Assembly (NCBI GenBank): GCA_963702205.1
Contig: OY969724.1
Span: 3,918,571 to 3,982,570, forward strand
DNA: 64,000 nucleotides
Direction of reading: 5' to 3'
DNA from: an uncultured candidate division Zixibacteria bacterium
GTDB taxonomy: Bacteria; Zixibacteria; MSB-5A5; GN15; PGXB01
Shown here piece by piece: positions 9,732 through 20,095 of this stretch. Numbering within the stretch: the first letter of the stretch is position 1; the number at the start of each line of letters is the position of its first letter. Below the pieces are notes generated by a model. It saw nothing but the letters and a program-made list of their open reading frames with translations. It was not told the origin of the DNA and did no database searches. The position numbers and the translations under genes were made by a program.

Positions 9732-11195
9732 TCAATCCGCCAGCGGGTGCATACAATTGATTAAGTCGCTTACTCCAACGGTTGCAATGCCGGACATGAC
9801 ATCAGACATGCCATAGGGAATAACCAATTCGTTATTATGGATAATTGCGCCGCAGGTATAAACGACATTGGGCACATACCCTTCCCGTTCTTCCTCACGC
9901 GGTGCAAGTAACGGTTCTTCCAGGCGTGCGATGAGTTTTTCCGGGTTTTCGAGATCAAGTAATATCGCGCCAATGCAGTACTGACGCATGGGCCCAACAC
10001 CGTGCGTAAGGACGATCCACCCATAGTCGGTTTCCAGGGGTGAACCGCAGTTACCGATCTGGATAAATTCCCAGGGGAATGTCGGTTCCTGTATGATTTT
10101 GGATTCCTGCCAAAAATGAATGTTGTCCGAAAACATGATGCGATTGTTTTCGCCGTCCTGACGCGAGAGCATGACATAGCGATTATCTATCTTGCGCGGA
10201 AAAAGAGCCATGCCCTTGTCCTGCACCGCCTTGCCGTTGAGCGTCAATACGTTAAACTTGACAAAGTCCTTAGTTTCAATAAGCTGTGGGAGTATATTAA
10301 AACCGTTATATGCCGTATATGTCGCATAATAAGTGACTTCTCCGTCGTCATCAGTGAATCGCACGAATCGGGCGTCTTCAATACCTCTGCTTTCGTTTTC
10401 AGAAACCGGAAAGATAACCCGTTCGGAAATTTGGTGATCAGGTTGGAAACTCATCTCATAATTGGATTTGGTAAGCCAGTACATTATATCGAATGTCCTT
10501 TTTTGGAGCACCTTAGAGAAACCCGGGCGTGATGTAAGGGTTCCGATCTTTTCCCTTAATTCATTGTAGGTGAATATATTCGGCAGATTATCAAGCAGAT
10601 AAGCCGTAATTTCGTTGCCGGCTCCCATCTCTTCAAGCTTCAGTCGAAAAAGATGCCGGTCGTATTCCGGATCCAGGCGGAGATCAGGCGTTTCCACAAA
10701 ATCACTGATCGGATCAAAGAGAATCGTATTATTCTGATCAAGACGGCCGCTGCGAAATACAATAGAAGAAATATGACCTTCGCCGGTTGCCCGCAAACTC
10801 ATTATAAAGCGCAGGCTGCCCTTGTTAAGCCGGCTTTGATCAGGATGGGGTACGATTGAAGGGTTAAATAGAGCGGCCGATTCTATGGAGTACTCCATAG
10901 TAAAATAGGCTCCGATAAGAGCCCTTTTGGTCTCGCTGAATACGATATTTCGAGGAATATGGTCTTTTATCTTATTAAAGTGAAGCCCAAAAACACGTTT
11001 GATGTCTCGGTGCCGTTCGGAAAAATCAAGCATAATTTGTGCAAGCAGTTTTTCGGCCGTTGTGTCTGGCAAATCAACTATGCGTTGAATGATTTTGGCT
11101 ACGCGATACACGCTGTCGGGCATATGAAACCTTGCAATGACTCGTGAGCAGTCACCCAGGATTTTTTTCTTTTTACGTTTGACTTCCAAGTGCAT
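9732..11195 (-). CDS. GH130-like glycosidase/phosphorylase with N-terminal extension
   Basis: EYSIESAALFNPSIV, GIEDARFV, IGNCGSP and EREGYVPNVVYTCG motifs. Confidence 0.85.
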   Translation of the reverse strand: MHLEVKRKKKKILGDCSRVIARFHMPDSVYRVAKIIQRIVDLPDTTAEKLLAQIMLDFSERHRDIKRVFGLHFNKIKDHIPRNIVFSETKRALIGAYFTMEYSIESAALFNPSIVPHPDQSRLNKGSLRFIMSLRATGEGHISSIVFRSGRLDQNNTILFDPISDFVETPDLRLDPEYDRHLFRLKLEEMGAGNEITAYLLDNLPNIFTYNELREKIGTLTSRPGFSKVLQKRTFDIMYWLTKSNYEMSFQPDHQISERVIFPVSENESRGIEDARFVRFTDDDGEVTYYATYTAYNGFNILPQLIETKDFVKFNVLTLNGKAVQDKGMALFPRKIDNRYVMLSRQDGENNRIMFSDNIHFWQESKIIQEPTFPWEFIQIGNCGSPLETDYGWIVLTHGVGPMRQYCIGAILLDLENPEKLIARLEEPLLAPREEEREGYVPNVVYTCGAIIHNNELVIPYGMSDVMSGIATVGVSDLINCMHPLAD

Positions 11196-11263
11196 AGTAT
11201 TTTATCAATTGCCGGACAAAGTTATTTAAATATACCTGGTTAAAAATGTCCGTTTGCCCTTAT

Positions 11264-12205
11264 TTACAGCGCTGACCGGGCATTTACAAGACATAATTGT
11301 ACCAGGTCATCAATCACTGCCGTGCCGACACACATAACGGTATCGGCGCCACCCCAGTATATTTTCACTGTACCATCATCTTCAGGAACAGCTCCGCATG
11401 TAAAAACAACGTTAGGCACGTAACCGCTCACCTCCCAGGGGGCTTCAGGTTGCAGTATCCACTGATCGGAAACACCAATGATTTTCGCCGGATCATTAAG
11501 ATCGTGCAGGGCCACGCCAAGGCGATACACCGCACCAGCCATGGTTTTAAATACTCCATGGTAAATATGCAACCAGCCCTTGTCGGTCCTGAAGGGCGGT
11601 GCACCCGGCCCGATCTTCATTTCATCCCAGTGATAAGGAACGGGCTTAATAATCACCCGGGAATCACCCCAGTGAACCAGATCGGGAGAATAGGAAATCC
11701 ATATGGACCAGGGTGATATTTCGGAATGCGGCCGGTCAAGGCGCACATAACGGCCGCTGATTTTTTCGGGAAAAATGACGACGTTGCGATGGTCGGCCTG
11801 GGTTATTAGCGCGACACGTTCAACATGTTCAAAATCGATGGTACGCGCAAGGACAATCCGAACGCCATGACGCGAATACGCGCTATAAGTAAGCAGATAA
11901 TCTTCCTCTACGGGACAGATTCTGAGGTCCTCAATTCCGAACTCTTCATATTCTGCAAATACGTTAACGGTTGCTGGTGTGAGAAAAGGTCTGGGATGAA
12001 CCTTGAATGAAAAACCATCATCGCTTTCGGCTTTTCCAATGATGGAGCGCCCGTTATACCTGTGGGCTCGGAAAAGCATAATGTAGCGGTCGTTATGTTT
12101 GACGACGCCTGCATTGTGAACCGTGGCTACCGGGTAGGGAACATCGTCTCTTGTGAGAATCGGGTTTCTATTATAACGATTTACAATGGAATCTTGAATA
12201 GTCAT
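11264..12205 (-). CDS. GH130-family glycosidase/phosphorylase
   Basis: NPIL, EEFGIEDLR, KIGPGAPP and GYVPNVVFTCG motifs. Confidence 0.88.
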   Translation of the reverse strand: MTIQDSIVNRYNRNPILTRDDVPYPVATVHNAGVVKHNDRYIMLFRAHRYNGRSIIGKAESDDGFSFKVHPRPFLTPATVNVFAEYEEFGIEDLRICPVEEDYLLTYSAYSRHGVRIVLARTIDFEHVERVALITQADHRNVVIFPEKISGRYVRLDRPHSEISPWSIWISYSPDLVHWGDSRVIIKPVPYHWDEMKIGPGAPPFRTDKGWLHIYHGVFKTMAGAVYRLGVALHDLNDPAKIIGVSDQWILQPEAPWEVSGYVPNVVFTCGAVPEDDGTVKIYWGGADTVMCVGTAVIDDLVQLCLVNARSAL

Positions 12206-13248
12206 AGTTGGCGCCGGTGTTCCCTTTGCATCATTTTTTCGAGAACAGATTCATAGACCTGAATATATTTTTCGACCATATGGTCGGCTGTGAAGTGCCT
12301 TTCAACGCGGCGACGGCAGCTCGCTCTCTCTATATCTCTTATATGTGCGACAGCATCCACCGCCTCATTTACTGTATTCACGAGAAAACCATTCTTGCCG
12401 TTTTCTATAATTTCGGGCATGCTGCCTTTGTTAAAAGCGATTACCGGAGTACCACAAGCCATGGATTCTATAACAGACAGGCCAAACGGCTCGTCGAAAT
12501 TGATGGGATGCAGAAGAGCAGTTGCCTTACCAAGAAGCTGGTTGCGCTGGACCGGCCCGACGCTTCCGGCATAAACAACATTCTTGTCGTCCAGATGCGG
12601 TTTGATATACCGGTGATAATAAGTATCATCCTGGATGATTCCCGCCAATATCAGTTTTTTATTGCAAGTCCTGGCAATTTCAATGGCTTCTTTGGCACCC
12701 TTGTCATGGTGGATACGTCCGAAAAAGAGCAAATAATCATCCGGTTCGGCTTCAAAATCAAACTCGCCTATATCTATACCGTGATGTATCGTCTTGATAT
12801 AGTCAAGATCTGGAGATCGATCGGAGTCGCTGATGGATACATAGAACACTTTGCCGTTGTATTTCCTGTAAACCGGCAGAATCCCACGCGATGAAAAACC
12901 GTGAATGGTGGTCACAACCGGCGTAGTAATAAGGCTGGTATAGGTCAAGGGCAGAAAGTCAAAATTGTTATGGATAATGTCAAACTCTTCAGCATGTTCA
13001 AAGAGTTCCGAGATGTGCAGACACTCCCAGACTTTTGACATAATGGAATGATCTTCTTCATATCCTCGCTCACACACGGCATGTAGCTTACCGCTTGTTA
13101 TCGAATCGCCGGTTGCAAAAAGGGTAACATCATGGCCTTGCGATACTAACCCTTCGGTTAAAAGGGAGGCCACACTTTCCCATGGACCATAGTGTCGCGG
13201 CGGCGTTCGCCAGGCAATCGGTGAGAGCATTGCAATGCGCATGTTCAA
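12202..13248 (-). CDS. GT4-family glycosyltransferase
   Basis: PPRHYGPWE N-terminus and EPFGLSVIESMACGTPV motif. Confidence 0.9.
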   Translation of the reverse strand: MNMRIAMLSPIAWRTPPRHYGPWESVASLLTEGLVSQGHDVTLFATGDSITSGKLHAVCERGYEEDHSIMSKVWECLHISELFEHAEEFDIIHNNFDFLPLTYTSLITTPVVTTIHGFSSRGILPVYRKYNGKVFYVSISDSDRSPDLDYIKTIHHGIDIGEFDFEAEPDDYLLFFGRIHHDKGAKEAIEIARTCNKKLILAGIIQDDTYYHRYIKPHLDDKNVVYAGSVGPVQRNQLLGKATALLHPINFDEPFGLSVIESMACGTPVIAFNKGSMPEIIENGKNGFLVNTVNEAVDAVAHIRDIERASCRRRVERHFTADHMVEKYIQVYESVLEKMMQREHRRQL

Positions 13249-13281
13249 TCCTTTACGCTTTCCAGTTGAATGGGACGTCGG

Positions 13282-15564
13282 TTATCTTAGAATCTCGTCG
13301 GCATAGAGCTTCTGCAAAGTCAGAAGCGAAAGCAACCACTCAAGCGTCGACTCGGCACCTTCATTCTGGTTAATGCCGTCAGCCATCAGTCCGTCACGGC
13401 AGCCGCCAGTCTTCGGATCATAAAGTGGCATATTCAAGTCATTGTGTCCAAGATACCAGTTAAAACACATAACCGCATTATCTATCCATGTCTTGTCACG
13501 CGTGATATTAAAGGCTTCGACACAGGCTCCGATCATAGCATTTGCCTCAATTGGCTGCTGATCAAATCGTGCCTTTGTGCCGCCTTTTTCATACCATCCA
13601 TTATTGCCAATGGGTACGAAGTGATTGTTTTCAGTCTGGATAGTGAGCAACCACTTGAGCGATCTGAGTCCCATGTCGACTATTTCACTGCGCTGCATCC
13701 ATTGGCCCGATAAAAGCAGGGCATGTGACAGCTGTCCGTTGGCATAGTTTAGAGCGTTTTCCAACCATGGCCAGCTCTCTGTAGAATTGTTTTTGAATTG
13801 ATTAAATAGCCTGTTTACTATGATTTCTCGTACTCTTCGCACTTCACTGTCGCCTGAGAATTTATAAAGGTAGGCATGAATGCCGACCAGGGCAAAGGCA
13901 ATAGCCCTGGGTGATTCAAAGCGCTCCACTGCTTTCATCGCTTTATTGAACAGGGTCATACTCATCGCCATCTGCCCCGGATTGGCAAGAAACGCAACAG
14001 CCTTGCCAATGCCCCAGAGTGCTCTGCCGTGAGCATCCTCGGATCCAACCTCTTCAGTCCATTGCCGCTCATAGGTCATGAAATTGCGAAATCTCCCATT
14101 CTTGTCATTGAAAGAATGCAGTAGAAAGCTGAGGTATTGGCTGCCAAGCAAATCGAAGTACATACCGTTCACACCCAGATATTCCCGACCCATGGCGGTA
14201 ACCATTAATGCTCTGGCATTGTCATCGGTGCAGTAGCCATGGTTACGATCCGGAACAGTATATATGGCATGCTGCAAGATACCAGTATCATCGGTCAAAT
14301 TTTTCAAGTGGTCGAATTTCATCTCTGGAAATTCGAACTTTGTGATGGATTTGATATTTTCATTATATAAATGTCGGGGGCGGGGGTGCCGGGAACGATT
14401 GAGTTGAACCTCGCCGAAAACCTCGAGATATCTTCGGGACACTTCCTTCCAGATCGCCTCGCGACAAAACATATAGGCTCTCTTGCGTATCGCATGCATG
14501 TTCATATCATTGGCAAAGAGGTCGATAATATTTTCCGCTATGGCATCAGGGTCTTTGAATGGGACGATAATTCCCCGTCCTTCGGCAAGCATCTCGGTTG
14601 CATACCAGTATGGAGTCGAAATAACTGCTTTGCCGGTTCCCATGGCGTAAGCAAGTGTTCCGGAAGTAATCTGGCCTTCTTCAAGATAAGGGGTTATATA
14701 TATATCTGCGGCCCCGAGGAATTCACAAAGTTCTTTCAGTTCGACAAACCGGTTATAAAAAATGACATGATCTCTGATATTGAGCTTGCGCACAAGCTGT
14801 TGCAGGTGGATACGGTATTCCTCCCCATGCGCATTTATAATATGCGGATGCGTTGCTCCCAAGATTATGTAGGTAACATCGGGATATTCTTTAAGGACGG
14901 ACGGCAGCGCCTGCAGCACGTTTTCAATACCCTTATTGGGGGAAAGAAGGCCGAATGTGAGAAGGACTTTTTTGCCTTCCATCCCGAACTTATCTTTGTA
15001 GAAGTTAGGATCAATGAAAGGCATATCCGGTATGCCATGATGGATAAAGACTATTTTCTCCTTCGGAACGGCATAAATCTCATTGAGGAAATCGATAGCT
15101 TTCCGGCTCATCACGATTAGTTTGTCTGATAGGTCGGATAGCTTGCGCATGACTGCACGATATTCCGGGGAGGGGTCCTTCAATACCGTATGCAGAGTTG
15201 TCACGATCGGCATGCGAAGCTCTCCGAGAAGTTTCAAGAGATGGCTGCCCGCCTGTCCGCCAAATATACCGTATTCATGCTGCACGCAAACAATATCCGT
15301 CTGCCCGATATTGAGAAACTCCGATGCCACATTGTAATCAGCCAGTCTGTTCTGGTTGATCACAAATCGCACTTTTCCCGGATATGCATATCCCTCGGGC
15401 TTATCATTCATGGCAATCGCCCAGCAATTGATATCCGGTGCTTCTGCTGATAAAGCCTCAACAAGATCAGTCGTGAATGTCGCAATGCCGCACAGGCGCG
15501 GCAAATAGTTGCCAATTACGGCAATGGAGCCAATTCCCTCATAATGCCGATCAACGGATGTCAT
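13282..15564 (-). CDS. GT4 glycosyltransferase fused to a C-terminal hydrolase-like domain
   Basis: PRLCGIATFT, KGIE and QITSGTLAYAMGTGKAVISTPY in the GT part; GYCTDDNARAL...FDQQPIE...NEGAEST in the C-terminal domain. Confidence 0.85.
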   Translation of the reverse strand: MTSVDRHYEGIGSIAVIGNYLPRLCGIATFTTDLVEALSAEAPDINCWAIAMNDKPEGYAYPGKVRFVINQNRLADYNVASEFLNIGQTDIVCVQHEYGIFGGQAGSHLLKLLGELRMPIVTTLHTVLKDPSPEYRAVMRKLSDLSDKLIVMSRKAIDFLNEIYAVPKEKIVFIHHGIPDMPFIDPNFYKDKFGMEGKKVLLTFGLLSPNKGIENVLQALPSVLKEYPDVTYIILGATHPHIINAHGEEYRIHLQQLVRKLNIRDHVIFYNRFVELKELCEFLGAADIYITPYLEEGQITSGTLAYAMGTGKAVISTPYWYATEMLAEGRGIIVPFKDPDAIAENIIDLFANDMNMHAIRKRAYMFCREAIWKEVSRRYLEVFGEVQLNRSRHPRPRHLYNENIKSITKFEFPEMKFDHLKNLTDDTGILQHAIYTVPDRNHGYCTDDNARALMVTAMGREYLGVNGMYFDLLGSQYLSFLLHSFNDKNGRFRNFMTYERQWTEEVGSEDAHGRALWGIGKAVAFLANPGQMAMSMTLFNKAMKAVERFESPRAIAFALVGIHAYLYKFSGDSEVRRVREIIVNRLFNQFKNNSTESWPWLENALNYANGQLSHALLLSGQWMQRSEIVDMGLRSLKWLLTIQTENNHFVPIGNNGWYEKGGTKARFDQQPIEANAMIGACVEAFNITRDKTWIDNAVMCFNWYLGHNDLNMPLYDPKTGGCRDGLMADGINQNEGAESTLEWLLSLLTLQKLYADEILR

Positions 15565-15901
15565 ACCAGGTCCTCAATCTTGTGCATCTTCAAAAAATCT
15601 GGACAAGTTGTATCTTAAGATAAAAGACACTTCTATGTCTTCAAAAGAATCTGGGCAAGTTGCATTTCAAGATACGAGACGCTTTTTCGATAAGCAAGCG
15701 CTTTTGGCAAAAGTCTTCTGGTGCTTATAATCCTTGCGACTTGGGTTGATACATTCGTTTTAAATCCCTTGGCTCCGGTGCCAGCGAATAACTGTCCTAG
15801 GCGGGATTGCTTCAATCCCACATATACATCTTTCCTCAGGGCGTCATAATTTGTCAGCTCTTAATCTGGACAGGTTATGCGGCAATAATGAGTTTAATAT
15901 C

Positions 15902-16010
15902 AAAAGGTTCTGTATTCTGCACGGTTACAATAAATATAAGTTGTTGATTTTAAATGAGATATATGAAAGCTCCCCCAATTGGACGAATTCCGCAACTTTT
16001 TGCTTCATGA
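15902..16010 (+). repeat. Cassette junction S3: inverted type-A arm (15902-15927), core GCTCCCC (15969-15975), type-B right arm CAATTGGACGAATTCCGCAACTTTT
   Basis: Right arm is shared with S4 and S6. The upstream 26-mer is the reverse complement (24/26) of 6833-6858. Confidence 0.8.
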
Positions 16011-16107
16011 TGAATTACATAATTTACTCCCTTCCGATATTTCACATATATAATTGCTGTGTAAGCAAAAGATCTTTTAACGCAGGAACCGTTAGTAATC
16101 TAAAGAT

Positions 16108-16158
16108 TTGACAGACTCCCGGAATCGCTATATTTTATATGGGTCTAAGCACAGCCCG
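16108..16158 (+). promoter_or_regulatory. Shared sigma70-like cassette promoter (TTGACA...CGCTATATT...GGGT hairpin)
   Basis: The same motif occurs upstream of the genes at 20096, 25527 and 32101. Confidence 0.55.
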
Positions 16159-16194
16159 GTCATATTGCAAACATTATTCTTCTTGGAGGGTGAT

Positions 16195-19100
16195 ATGCGC
16201 GGCATAGTTAATGTCTGTCTGGCAGCAGTCATACTGCTGTGTGCATCGATAGTATGGGGGCAATCTGATCTTGAAAATCAAAAGGGCAAAGACATCGGTG
16301 AATTTATGACGGCTGATAATCGCATTAATTTAGAAGCAGTTAAGTCCAGCGGTTATCAGGGTTCGTTGAATCTTGAGGGCTTTGCTGTCACTATGGATCC
16401 CACCACCGGTGAACTGATTGTAAATCCCTCTGAAAGTATGTCCCCAGACTCCGATCCGGATGATGTCAATTGGGAAGCCGGATTTTGCCCACCGGGTTGC
16501 AATAGCATTGTACGTGCGTTAGTAGTCTATGACAACAATCTAATAATAGGAGGGAACTTTTCCTCGGCCGGTGGAACAGAAGCTAATTATATAGCTGCAT
16601 GGGATGGCTCAGCATGGTCGGCTTTGAGCTCTGGCATGAATTCCGTTGTTTTGGCCCTGACAGTGTATAACGGGAACTTGATTGCAGGGGGTCAATTTAC
16701 TACTGCGGGAGGTGTTTCGGCGAATCTTATAGCTGCATGGGATGGCTCAGCATGGTCGGCTTTGAGCTCTGGCATGAATTCCGTTGTTTTGGCCCTGACA
16801 GTGTATAACGGGAACTTGATTGCAGGGGGTAAATTTACTACTGCAGGAGGTGTTTCGGCGAATAATATTGCCGCCTGGAACGGTATTTCATGGTCACCAT
16901 TAGGGTTAGGGACGTATGATGATGTTTATGCTCTTACAGTATATGATGGATCATTAATTGCCGGAGGAAAATTTGGAGCCGCAGGCGGCGTCCTCGCTGA
17001 ATATATTGCTTCCTGGGATGGTTCTTCCTGGTCGCCGTTAGGGTCAGGGGTATATCATAATGCCAATCCAAGCGTATGGGCCTTAACGGTATATAACGGA
17101 AAATTGATTGCTGGGGGAAATTTCACAAAAGCTGGCGGTGTGACGGCGGATCATATTGCTTCCTGGGATGGTGCTTCCTGGTCGCCGCTGGGATCGGGGA
17201 TTAGTAGCGAAGTCTGGACTATGACTGCGTTTGACGGGGAATTGATTGCGGGAGGGAATTTTACCACTGCCGGCGGCACAGGTGCCAATTATATTGCTTC
17301 CTGGAATGGATCTTCATGGGCGCCGATGGAATCCGGCATGAATGACAATGTCTATGCCCTGACAGTGCACGACGAGAAATTAATTGCAGGGGGATTTTTT
17401 ACTATCGCCGATGATATCTTGACGAATCATATTGCCGTCTGGAACGGTTCCGCATGGTCGGCGCTGGGGCAGGGATTGGATAACACTATCTGGGCCATTG
17501 CGGTATTTGACGACTATCTAATTGCCGGAGGAGATCTTATGTCGGCCGCTGGCGTAAGTGCTAATTATATTTCTGCTTGGGATGGTACGGCCTGGTCAGC
17601 ATTGGGGGAAGGAATGAACGGTACTGTTCATGCCTTAACCGTTTATAATAATCAATTAATTGCCGGAGGGGACTTTACTTCAGCTGGCGGCATAGGGGCT
17701 TCATATATTGCTGCCTGGGATGGACTCTTTTGGTCATCTTTGGGATCGGGGGTGAATAATGGCGTTTCCACTTTGACTGTCTATGATAATAGGCTAATTG
17801 CCGGAGGAGCGTTCAATACAGCCGGTGGCTTGGGGGCAAATTATATCGCAGCGTGGGATGGATCCGTTTGGTCAACGCTGGAATCGGGCATGAATGGATA
17901 TGTTTATGCGCTTATTGCTTATGATGATAAATTAATCGCGGGCGGAAATTTCACTTCAGCTGGCGGCACAAGTTCAAATTTCATAGCAATTTGGGATGGC
18001 TTCTTATGGTCTGCTTTAGGGGCTGGATTAAATAATAATGTCATTACTCTAACCATTTATGATAATAAATTGTACACGGGGGGAGAATTTACTATGGCTG
18101 GAGGGATAAGTGCCGATCATGTAGCTTCGTGGGATGGTGCTACCTGGTCACCTGTTGGTTCAGGAGTAGATAATGTTGTGCGCTCTTTGATGGTGTATGA
18201 AAATAAACTTATCGCTGGTGGCTATTTCGCTGCAGCGGGAATAACGACTGCCTATTATATCGCCGCCTGGGATGGAGGCCAATGGTCGCCGCTGGGATCA
18301 GGATTAGACAACTTTGTCTTCGCCCTGACCGAATATGACGGGAAGCTTTTTGCGGGGGGGGATTTTACAATTGCGGGCGAAAAATCTTCAGCTTATATTG
18401 CCGCATGGAATAAGCTTACGCCATACAACGAAGTCACAAATCTTGCCGACGTCGGAACGGGAACGCTGCATGCCGCCTTATTGGGATCTAATTCGAACAT
18501 TGGTCCCGATACGATTAGTTTTGCGATCTCAGGTACGATAAACTTATCGACACCATTACCGGCGATTGATGATGACAGCATTGTAATTTTGGGCAACAAC
18601 GCCCCGGGCGGCCCACACTCAGTCATACTCGACGGCGCCGGCCTCGGGAAATCGACCAACCCCGGAATACATATACAAAGTTCCAATAATGTCATCGAAG
18701 GGCTGACCGTCCGCAATTTCCCCGGTAACGGCATTGAAATAGCCGGTAGTGTACAGCACAATACAATCTCCGGCAATTTGATTTATAATAACGGCCTGCT
18801 GGGTATTGATTTAAACGATGATGGGGTGACAACCAACGATCCCGGCGATAGCGATACGGGCCCGAACGGCCTGCTCAACTACCCCCAGATCGATTCTCTT
18901 TTTATGAATCCCGATAGCTCATTCCGGGTTTTTGGCAAAGCCGCCGACAGTGCCTTAATCGAATTCTTTGTGGCTCATCCCGAAGGCGATACCATTAAGC
19001 CAGCCGATCCTTCGGGTTATGGGGAAGCATACTCATACATAGGTTCCGATACAGCCGACAACAACGGTGATTTTGAATATCAGATCAGCAATGCCATTCC

Positions 19101-19749
19101 TTACTTTTCGCTAATCACCGCAACCGCCACCGATACTTTTGGTAACACATCTGAATTTGCTCCCAATTTCAACCTGGTGCCGACACCGCTTATAATTGTC
19201 GGATACTCTCCTATCAACCTTCAGGTTATTGATCCTATTGGAGACAGCATCGGTAAGCTTTCGGATAATACATATTTCAATACTATAAAAACTAATGCAA
19301 CGTATGACGATATAGTCCACGATTCAATCACTATTCAATATCCGCTCGAAGGCGAGTATATAATCATCGTTCGCCCCCAGGGCGATCCGCCGCCGGGATC
19401 TTTATACGGTATCGGTATCAGAATAGACGGCTCTCTGCAGGCAATAATAGTTGAAAATGCCGATGTCCCGGCCTCGGGCACGGCCGACACTCTCGGTTAT
19501 GAAGTAATTGAGGGTTATCATTTTGAAAACGGCGATGCCTCGCGTGATAATACCGTCAACTTAATTGATATATTATACCTGATTGACTACTTGTATGGCA
19601 CCCCGCCAGGTCCGGCGCCATACCCCCTTACGGCTGGTGATGCCAATTGTGATGAAGTCATTAATCTAATTGATATATTATACCTGATTTCAAATCTGTA
19701 CGATGATCCGCCTGGCCCGGAACCTTGTCACTGGGAGAGATACGAATAA
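16195..19749 (+). CDS. Secreted beta-propeller repeat protein (WDGSxWSxLG repeats) with beta-helix region and C-terminal dockerin
   Basis: Start reassigned to ATG 16195 (GGAGG RBS, signal peptide). About 14 repeats of 46 aa. The C-terminal ~440 aa are paralogous to 3301..6723. Confidence 0.85.
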   Translation: MRGIVNVCLAAVILLCASIVWGQSDLENQKGKDIGEFMTADNRINLEAVKSSGYQGSLNLEGFAVTMDPTTGELIVNPSESMSPDSDPDDVNWEAGFCPPGCNSIVRALVVYDNNLIIGGNFSSAGGTEANYIAAWDGSAWSALSSGMNSVVLALTVYNGNLIAGGQFTTAGGVSANLIAAWDGSAWSALSSGMNSVVLALTVYNGNLIAGGKFTTAGGVSANNIAAWNGISWSPLGLGTYDDVYALTVYDGSLIAGGKFGAAGGVLAEYIASWDGSSWSPLGSGVYHNANPSVWALTVYNGKLIAGGNFTKAGGVTADHIASWDGASWSPLGSGISSEVWTMTAFDGELIAGGNFTTAGGTGANYIASWNGSSWAPMESGMNDNVYALTVHDEKLIAGGFFTIADDILTNHIAVWNGSAWSALGQGLDNTIWAIAVFDDYLIAGGDLMSAAGVSANYISAWDGTAWSALGEGMNGTVHALTVYNNQLIAGGDFTSAGGIGASYIAAWDGLFWSSLGSGVNNGVSTLTVYDNRLIAGGAFNTAGGLGANYIAAWDGSVWSTLESGMNGYVYALIAYDDKLIAGGNFTSAGGTSSNFIAIWDGFLWSALGAGLNNNVITLTIYDNKLYTGGEFTMAGGISADHVASWDGATWSPVGSGVDNVVRSLMVYENKLIAGGYFAAAGITTAYYIAAWDGGQWSPLGSGLDNFVFALTEYDGKLFAGGDFTIAGEKSSAYIAAWNKLTPYNEVTNLADVGTGTLHAALLGSNSNIGPDTISFAISGTINLSTPLPAIDDDSIVILGNNAPGGPHSVILDGAGLGKSTNPGIHIQSSNNVIEGLTVRNFPGNGIEIAGSVQHNTISGNLIYNNGLLGIDLNDDGVTTNDPGDSDTGPNGLLNYPQIDSLFMNPDSSFRVFGKAADSALIEFFVAHPEGDTIKPADPSGYGEAYSYIGSDTADNNGDFEYQISNAIPYFSLITATATDTFGNTSEFAPNFNLVPTPLIIVGYSPINLQVIDPIGDSIGKLSDNTYFNTIKTNATYDDIVHDSITIQYPLEGEYIIIVRPQGDPPPGSLYGIGIRIDGSLQAIIVENADVPASGTADTLGYEVIEGYHFENGDASRDNTVNLIDILYLIDYLYGTPPGPAPYPLTAGDANCDEVINLIDILYLISNLYDDPPGPEPCHWERYE

Positions 19750-19795
19750 ATTAAAACGAATGCCGCCATTTCCAAAATAAACTCCGAATGAAACA

Positions 19796-19895
19796 AATGG
19801 GATACTTACAAATATCGCGTATCCCATTGTATTACAATATGTTACAAGCTTGCTCCCCCAATTGGATGAATTTTGCAACTTTTTGTTTCATGATA
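19796..19895 (+). repeat. Cassette junction S4: hairpin, left arm, core GCTCCCC (19852-19858), type-B right arm
   Basis: Stem AATGGGATAC / GTATCCCATT; TTGTATTACAATATGTTACAAGCTT-GCTCCCC-CAATTGGATGAATTTTGCAACTTTT. Confidence 0.85.
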
Positions 19896-20003
19896 ACGTC
19901 TATGTGTAGTCTATCAGCTCTGAATTTTTCGCAGCCAAATGAAATAACTCGCTTATTCTATGCGACCCGTGTCCGGCCTGCCTTTGCTCCCCTATTTAAC
20001 CAT

Positions 20004-20054
20004 TTGCCAAACCTCTCGAAAACGCTATATTTATATGGGTTTTGAGCGCAGCCC
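20004..20054 (+). promoter_or_regulatory. Shared cassette promoter (TTGCCA-16-TATATT plus GGGT hairpin)
   Basis: Matches the motif at 16108, 25433 and 32015. Confidence 0.55.
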
Positions 20055-20095
20055 GATTCTTACTACTAAAAACGCTCGTTTCTGAGGAGGACTTA

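Noticed and set aside
19986..19992. Extra GCTCCCC 134 bp downstream of S4
   Set aside because: No hairpin, left arm or right arm. It lies in the promoter-proximal region, and the homologous region at about 31990-32015 lacks it.
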